64,000 nt of DNA from Candidatus Bathyarchaeota archaeon (GTDB taxonomy: Archaea > Thermoproteota > Bathyarchaeia > 40CM-2-53-6 > DTDX01). The translations under genes were made by a program, and so were the position numbers. Below the pieces are notes generated by a model that worked only from the letters and a program-made list of their open reading frames with translations, was not told where the DNA came from and did no database searches. The stretch spans positions 69,481-133,480 of the forward strand of contig JAGTQY010000003.1 of NCBI GenBank assembly GCA_018396815.1, read 5' to 3'. Shown one piece after another: positions 58,618 to 64,000 of the stretch (its first letter is position 1; every line of letters starts with the position of its first letter).

Positions 58618-59694
58618 TTAATTCACTAACTTTGCTTTTCCCTTACAAATTAAAAGTAGAGCTGCTGCCATTGGAAGAGTAACTTCTTCATTCTTATATG
58701 GTCCGAATTCTTCTCCTCCTAAAAGAAATTTTGGGGCTTCTTTAATATAGATTTTTTCTTCTCCTTTCTCTAAAGCAATTGCTTCATTAAGCGGATTGAA
58801 CTCTTCAAGGTTAGTTAAATCTACTTTTACTGCTCTTAAACCCGTTTTTCCGTTTAATGTTTCTGGAAGCCTTATTAATCTATGAATATCCATAGTCACT
58901 ACTGAATCTACTTTAACTGCTTTATCTTTAATAATGGAGCGGATTTCATGAAGTATTCTTCTTTTTGTTAAAGATTTTAATGAATTACTTTTTATTATTG
59001 AAGCAACTCTCTTAGCCCAACCGGAAGGCTGTTCATCAATATTATTTAAAACATTATTTAAATCTATTCCAATACCCATTACATAATCAACTATTTCTTT
59101 TCTTTCATCACTAGTTAATTGCAATATTTCATTTGAATCTATATGAATATGATATCCTCTATGACCTGTGAAGTAAATTTTAATATTTTCTTTTTTAAAT
59201 CCAAAATCTTTCATTAAAAAATCTATTAATTTTAAAGTTTCTTCTTTAGCTTTTTCTAAGCATTTTTGGCAGATCCATGTTTCTGTTTGAATCTTGCTTT
59301 CACCGCATTTTAAACATTTTTCTGGCGGCATACCTTTACTTGTGTAACTACAATTTTTACAAATCCATTTATCATGCTCTTTTTTGCATAAAGTATCTAT
59401 ATGATCTGCATCTATATCAAATATTAAATCAGCCCCAATCCATTCTTTACCTTTCATTTCTTCTTCAGGTTTTAAATAGTATGCTGATGAATAATAAACA
59501 TCTGATGGAACAATTGTTTTAATGAATTCTCTAAGGGTATTAATGTTTAAAAAATTTTTATGACGAACCATAATTTTCTCTTTAAAAAGGAGAAAACCAA
59601 ATTCTCTTTTAGTAATCTCTTTAGGTTCCTTAATTCTCCAAGAAAATAAACGATAATACTCAAAAAACTTTTTCTTAATGTAATCTTCTATCAA
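58618..59694 (-). CDS. priS: DNA primase small subunit
   Basis: REFGF, LIFDIDAD, FTGHRGYHIH and D..VT.DIHRLIRLP motifs; Zn-ribbon insertion. Confidence 0.95.
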   Translation of the reverse strand: MIEDYIKKKFFEYYRLFSWRIKEPKEITKREFGFLLFKEKIMVRHKNFLNINTLREFIKTIVPSDVYYSSAYYLKPEEEMKGKEWIGADLIFDIDADHIDTLCKKEHDKWICKNCSYTSKGMPPEKCLKCGESKIQTETWICQKCLEKAKEETLKLIDFLMKDFGFKKENIKIYFTGHRGYHIHIDSNEILQLTSDERKEIVDYVMGIGIDLNNVLNNIDEQPSGWAKRVASIIKSNSLKSLTKRRILHEIRSIIKDKAVKVDSVVTMDIHRLIRLPETLNGKTGLRAVKVDLTNLEEFNPLNEAIALEKGEEKIYIKEAPKFLLGGEEFGPYKNEEVTLPMAAALLLICKGKAKLVN

Positions 59695-60721
59695 CTTTTT
59701 TTCTCCAAAACTTTAATGCCTTCTTATAATAAGTTAATGGATGCACTACTTTACTACATAATTCATCTTGATTTATACATATGCCATAAGTTTTTAATGT
59801 TGAACATTTCGGTGGAACATACTTAATTCCTGAACCTCTTGCACCTGCTATATGTTCAATTTGATATTTTGTTTTTTCCTCATTAAAATCTGAAACTCCT
59901 TTAAAAATTTGAGTTATTTCTTCAGGTTTTAAACCTATGTTTAAAAGAAAAGCTGTTAAAGTAAATCTTTCCACATGAGAAGCATGCCCTCCAGAAATTA
60001 TGGATTCATAAATCTTCTTTATGCATGGTGGGAAAGCTGAAAAAACCATTGTTTTAGGCAATTCAGTAGAAGAAACAAAACTTAATTTACTTGAATAAGA
60101 AATGATTCTTTTTATATATTCTTCAAAATTATTTTTTATTTCAACATTAGAATCTTCTATTTTAGCCAGTATTCTTCTTTGAATTTCTTCTTCAAGAAGT
60201 CTTGAAGCTTCCTCTTTAGTTAAGTATACGTAGCCATCCTCCAAAATTCTATTAATTAATTTCCATTTCGTATCTTTAATTTTTACAGCATTCCTTAAAT
60301 AATTTGAAAAATGAAGTTTAAACGTGAAAAATCTATTATTAAAAGTGGTATTAACAAACTCTATTTTCCAATTAAAGGTTTCTTTAGCTATATGAAGAAT
60401 TTTTTCATTTTCCTCGTCTATTAAAAACTCGTATGCTCTTTTAGCTTCTGATAAAGCATATCTTCGTTTAATTTTTTCATCTTTAATTCCACTTAATAAA
60501 AGAATAGCTGTTGGGAAAGATAGGATTTCAACATCATTATGTAACCATTCTTTTGAGATTTTAACGTTTAAAATAGCTTCTTTTATCCTTTCTTCAGCTC
60601 TATTAATCACTTCAATAAATTCTATCGAGGTTAAATCATCTATTTTAAGCCCTAAATTTTTAACGTATTCAGCCGCTTCCTTAGTAAATGGATATTTGGC
60701 TAGATCAATAATTGTTAACAT
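59675..60721 (-). CDS. priL: DNA primase large subunit
   Basis: AKYPF, FPPCI, H.ERF, YQIEHI motifs and C-terminal Fe-S cysteines. Confidence 0.93.
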   Translation of the reverse strand: MLTIIDLAKYPFTKEAAEYVKNLGLKIDDLTSIEFIEVINRAEERIKEAILNVKISKEWLHNDVEILSFPTAILLLSGIKDEKIKRRYALSEAKRAYEFLIDEENEKILHIAKETFNWKIEFVNTTFNNRFFTFKLHFSNYLRNAVKIKDTKWKLINRILEDGYVYLTKEEASRLLEEEIQRRILAKIEDSNVEIKNNFEEYIKRIISYSSKLSFVSSTELPKTMVFSAFPPCIKKIYESIISGGHASHVERFTLTAFLLNIGLKPEEITQIFKGVSDFNEEKTKYQIEHIAGARGSGIKYVPPKCSTLKTYGICINQDELCSKVVHPLTYYKKALKFWRKKVDRRLH

Positions 60722-60722
60722 A

Positions 60723-61475
60723 TTAAGTTGTTTCTATTCTAGGAGCTAAATAATAAACTAAATTTGCTTGAATTAAATTAAACTCAAGTTTAATGGGCAT
60801 ATTTGTTGAAAACTCTAATGTGGCTACCTCTGATGCTGATGCTCCAGCTTTAACCATTTCAGCTAAAAAGTTTAAATTAAAAGTTGCTTTTGAAGGTTCT
60901 TTAACCTCAAGCTCTAAAAGAGCTTCACTTCCTTTTTCAACTTCAAAAGTAGCGTTGCTTAATTCTGAAGTTGCATTTACAATAAACTTTTCTTGAGTAG
61001 CTTCTAAAGTAACATTATCAGCTATTGCTTCAGCATCATCAATTATTTCTTTTAAGCTGCTTGAAAGCATTTTAACTTTAGCGTTAAATGTTAATTTTGG
61101 AGATGGCGCTTCCTCCTCACTACTCTCTAAAGTTGGTATAATAAATTTTTTAGTTACTTTTCCCTTAAGAATCATAGTTAATTTTCTTGAGTCTTCATCA
61201 TAATTTATTTCAACGCTTTCATCACTTTTAGCTTTTTTTAAAAGCTTCTGTACATTACTTAAATTAATCCTTACTTTAGTTAGTTTATCGCATTCATATT
61301 TCTCAAATGATTGCTTAGGCCATGTTAAACTTACCATCGCTACATGGCTTGGATCTAATGCTTTAAGGCTTATTCCCTCCTCATTCATATTAAAATCTAC
61401 TTCTTCTACAAGCGTTGAAACTGCAGCTAAAATATTTCGTAAAAGTTTCGCATCCGGGGCTATCACTTTAAACAT
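60723..61475 (-). CDS. pcn: PCNA sliding clamp
   Basis: ALDPSHVAMV and YYLAPR motifs. Confidence 0.95.
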   Translation of the reverse strand: MFKVIAPDAKLLRNILAAVSTLVEEVDFNMNEEGISLKALDPSHVAMVSLTWPKQSFEKYECDKLTKVRINLSNVQKLLKKAKSDESVEINYDEDSRKLTMILKGKVTKKFIIPTLESSEEEAPSPKLTFNAKVKMLSSSLKEIIDDAEAIADNVTLEATQEKFIVNATSELSNATFEVEKGSEALLELEVKEPSKATFNLNFLAEMVKAGASASEVATLEFSTNMPIKLEFNLIQANLVYYLAPRIETT

Positions 61476-61576
61476 TATTTTCCCCCAAGCTTTCTTTATT
61501 CTTAAATTTTCTAAATGTTCTTTAAAAATTATTTTTTAATCATATTGTAAAACTGAAATCTTCTTTATTACTTTAA

Positions 61577-61900
61577 TTATGATAATTCACGCCAAGTATA
61601 ACCGCATTTTGTGCATCTAAAAAATTGAGTTGAAGATTCATCAGCACCTCTGGTTTGAACTATCCAATAGAAAGCTTCTCGATTTCCACATTTAGGGCAT
61701 TCAGCCTTAACTTTAGGCATAGTTCTTATTTTTTCTTCTTCTTTACTTACAACAACTATTTTTTCTTTTTCTTGAGCTATTTTAGTAATTGCTTTCTCTG
61801 TTTTTTCAGTTTCATAATTACACTTCATGCATTTTAATATCACTTTATCATTTTTTTTAGTTAAAGTAAGGGCAGTGCCGCATTTAGGGCAAAACTGCAT
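61577..61900 (-). CDS. tfs: Transcription factor S (TFS/RpoM)
   Basis: FCPKCG and QTRGADE motifs; C-terminal Zn ribbon. Confidence 0.95.
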   Translation of the reverse strand: MQFCPKCGTALTLTKKNDKVILKCMKCNYETEKTEKAITKIAQEKEKIVVVSKEEEKIRTMPKVKAECPKCGNREAFYWIVQTRGADESSTQFFRCTKCGYTWRELS

Positions 61901-61970
61901 TAAAAACCATCTCGCATAAACTATTTTTTGTTTAAGTTAGCTGTTGTGTTTAATTTAAACTTTTTCATTG

Positions 61971-62438
61971 TCACGCTTCTAGATTGTTTAAAGCTTTTGC
62001 AATTAAAAAAGCAACTCTTAAAGGTTCTGGAAAATCTGCTTTTTTTAATGTAAAGTTCTTTAAAGCCTCTTTAGTTAAAGCTTGGTTAAATCCAATTGCT
62101 TTAACATAAATCTCCCTTTTATTAATTTTTAGCTTTAAAAGTTCCTCGTTTTTTATTGGGGGTTTTTTGTAAACTACTATAACCGGTAATTTTGTTTCTT
62201 CATAAATTTTTTGTAAATTAACTTTAGCTACAATATTTTCGCTAAACATTATTATTCTTAATTGTTTAAAATGTGGTGAGGCTTTTAATACTTTAACTAT
62301 TTCTTCTGTTACATTTATATTTAAATCAAGTTTAATTTTAATTAGTCCTTCGAAACATGTGTTTCCTCTGAAAATAACTCCAATAATATTTTTAGTATTT
62401 CCATACACGAATCCTATTGCTCTAATCTCTTTCTTCAT
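61971..62438 (-). CDS. DUF99 family protein, degenerate
   Basis: KKEIR.IG, GVIFRG, QLRII, IYEETKLPVIVV and PEPLRVA motifs; typical position next to tfs. Confidence 0.75.
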   Translation of the reverse strand: MKKEIRAIGFVYGNTKNIIGVIFRGNTCFEGLIKIKLDLNINVTEEIVKVLKASPHFKQLRIIMFSENIVAKVNLQKIYEETKLPVIVVYKKPPIKNEELLKLKINKREIYVKAIGFNQALTKEALKNFTLKKADFPEPLRVAFLIAKALNNLEA

Positions 62439-62441
62439 GTT

Positions 62442-62831
62442 TTATTCACTTAACTTTTTTAGAAGAATTTTAGTAAGTTTCTCTATCGCTTTAACAGGAT
62501 CATCAACTTCTTTCTCTATTATTACTATTAATTCCTCAATTGAAACTTTGTTTTTCAACCAAGCGTCTCCAAGTAAAGCTTCGATAGAATTTGCTATTTC
62601 ACCTTTACTTATTCTTGATGGTAAAAACTTTCTTATCCCAACATTTTTTGCTACAATTGATAAAACTTTATCGCTTACTTTTTCTCCTGTTGGTTCTCCC
62701 CTTCTTTTCGTAAGAGCAAAAGAATAAATGAAATTTAGGAGAGAATCTCCAAATCTTGCAAGTTTTTTATTAAGTAAAATCTCTTTAACTGTTTTTTCGT
62801 TTAATTCAGTTTTTTCAAGTTGCTTCCTCAA
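62442..62831 (-). CDS. Archaeal stand-alone RNase III-like domain protein
   Basis: LARFGDSLLNF and ANSIEALLG signatures; no dsRBD. Confidence 0.75.
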   Translation of the reverse strand: MRKQLEKTELNEKTVKEILLNKKLARFGDSLLNFIYSFALTKRRGEPTGEKVSDKVLSIVAKNVGIRKFLPSRISKGEIANSIEALLGDAWLKNKVSIEELIVIIEKEVDDPVKAIEKLTKILLKKLSE

Positions 62832-63087
62832 ATCTCTTCATGAACTCTTCTGTTTGAGATTTCATTTTTTTTAAAGCTTTTTTTAAAGCTTCTCTCGCTG
62901 TTTCTTTGCCTGAGACTCGAATATAAAATACTGCTTTCTTAAATAATGGATGAGGGACATCATAACCTGCTATTTCAACATTTTCATCCTCAAGCAATGT
63001 TTTTTGAAGAAGATTACAAAAAGTATGCGTTTCATCTAATTCAAATTTAATTTCTTTCTCATTTTCTTTAACTATTGTAATATTCAA
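62815..63087 (-). CDS. rpoL: RNA polymerase subunit Rpo11/RpoL
   Basis: ETHTFCNLL and AGYDVPHPL motifs; TTG 63087 after GGAGGAG. Confidence 0.93.
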   Translation of the reverse strand: MNITIVKENEKEIKFELDETHTFCNLLQKTLLEDENVEIAGYDVPHPLFKKAVFYIRVSGKETAREALKKALKKMKSQTEEFMKRFEEAT

Positions 63088-63676
63088 TTTTTTCTCCTCC
63101 AGTAATTTTGAAACCATAAGTTTTAGCTATTTTTCTATATTCAATATTACCACAATTCTTGCATTCTAATACACCTTTCCTGCTTTTTAAATTTAATTCA
63201 TTTCCACATAAAGAGCAATAAGCTAATATAACTCCTAAATCCTCTCCAACAGTTGTTAACTGAAGAAGACCATTTTTTACTTTAGAAACTCTAGCTTTAA
63301 TTATATCGGTAGCTTTACATATATCACTCATTGTTTTTTCAAATTTATGGCTTGAAGCTGAAATATGAAGAAAACCTGTAAATGAATTTGATAAAATCGT
63401 ATTTTTGATTAAAAACACATTTATTACTGCTATTTTGTCTTGCACTCCTGTAACTACGCCTAAAACTTCATCTCCTTCACTTGGAAAAACTGGTTTTCTA
63501 ATTGAAGTTTTAATATAGATTTTTTTGTTTATAAGGTCTTTAATAGCTAACCCTACAGTTTTAGCATAAATCACTCCATTCACTTCATAAGTTCCTAAAC
63601 CTGGAGAAAACTCTTCAACTACCCCTAATTTATCTCCAGGTGTAACAAACTCAACTCTTCTCTTGTTATCCATCAT
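63068..63676 (-). CDS. csl4: Exosome RNA-binding subunit Csl4
   Basis: VTPGDKLG..EEF.PG, S1 domain, LGVI.A.C..CG...C..CG.IE.RK. Confidence 0.93.
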   Translation of the reverse strand: MMDNKRRVEFVTPGDKLGVVEEFSPGLGTYEVNGVIYAKTVGLAIKDLINKKIYIKTSIRKPVFPSEGDEVLGVVTGVQDKIAVINVFLIKNTILSNSFTGFLHISASSHKFEKTMSDICKATDIIKARVSKVKNGLLQLTTVGEDLGVILAYCSLCGNELNLKSRKGVLECKNCGNIEYRKIAKTYGFKITGGEKIEYYNS

Positions 63677-64000
63677 TTTTAACTACCCTATATAAATCAA
63701 CTTTAATAATATGCCTTTTCTTATAATGGAAATTAAAAAGCCTTGGGATAGTTAAGTTTATTTGGAAAATAGCTGAAACTTCTCCCCCTTCATTAATTAT
63801 TTTATCTTTTATAAATTTTCTGTTTTTTTCACTTGATTTATGAAGTGTATAAATTACTTTACCTATTTCAAGAGCTTTCTTTAAAAATAAAATATCTGCG
63901 CCTCTTTTTTTTACTCCAAATGGAGGATTTTGAAGTACAACATCAAATTTGCCTATTATCGAGGATACATCACCAATAACCCATTGAATTTTATCTTTTA
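63666..64000 (-). CDS. METTL5-like N6-adenine methyltransferase, 5'-partial
   Basis: VLQNPPFG, AD..FL..AL, IYTLHK and F.FH motifs; conserved position upstream of csl4. Confidence 0.88.
   Translation of the reverse strand, partial: KDKIQWVIGDVSSIIGKFDVVLQNPPFGVKKRGADILFLKKALEIGKVIYTLHKSSEKNRKFIKDKIINEGGEVSAIFQINLTIPRLFNFHYKKRHIIKVDLYRVVKNDG

Noticed and set aside
6885-62727. Other short overlapping or antisense ORFs in the track (6885, 11881, 16914, 20044-21279, 21849, 25808, 28468, 29122, 35352, 35463, 36334, 39856, 39903, 42482, 44392, 44604, 49627, 50195, 59277, 60793, 61655, 62359)
   Set aside because: All overlap well-supported genes and lack recognisable motifs; expected by-products of codon bias
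55737-64000. Replication-translation-exosome superoperon as a novelty
   Set aside because: The pcna-priS-gins15-L44e-S27e-aIF2a-nop10 and csl4-rpoL-tfs clusters are well-known conserved archaeal gene orders

Overview
Very AT-rich archaeal chromosomal segment (roughly 30% GC by eye, not computed) made mostly of housekeeping genes. Its gene content, frequent TTG/GTG starts and intron-containing tRNA suggest a TACK-type archaeon, most plausibly Bathyarchaeia (inference). Recognisable blocks include a DsrE-TusA-IscS-IscU sulfur operon, tmcA followed by an ASCH gene, pyrG, nucS-radA, rqcH-CBS-pyrC-Mut7C-AMMECR1, asnS, thrC-hom-lysC, pit/DUF47, a divergent TBP, larE with a TudS-like gene, radB-carS, gcvT-gcvH, ileS and aglB. 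The window ends with the conserved METTL5-csl4-rpoL-...-tfs-pcna-priL-priS-gins15-L44e-S27e-aIF2a-nop10-PAC2 superoperon. Features missing or truncated in the ORF track are a tRNA-Pro(TGG) with two introns, nop10, the full ASCH ORF, a 31-aa membrane micropeptide after TBP, three pseudogenes (cupin, ThiT, Zn-dependent dehydrogenase), a ~430 bp decayed duplication bracketing mscS, and operator-like repeats at the dsrE, radA and tbp promoters. I saw no CRISPR array, IS or provirus. The best leads are the ac4C writer/ASCH pair, the tbp+micropeptide unit, the OSTC/DC2- and EMC6-like proteins, the LarE/TudS-like pair, the atypical kinase pair and the radA inverted repeat. All product calls come from motif recognition without database searches.
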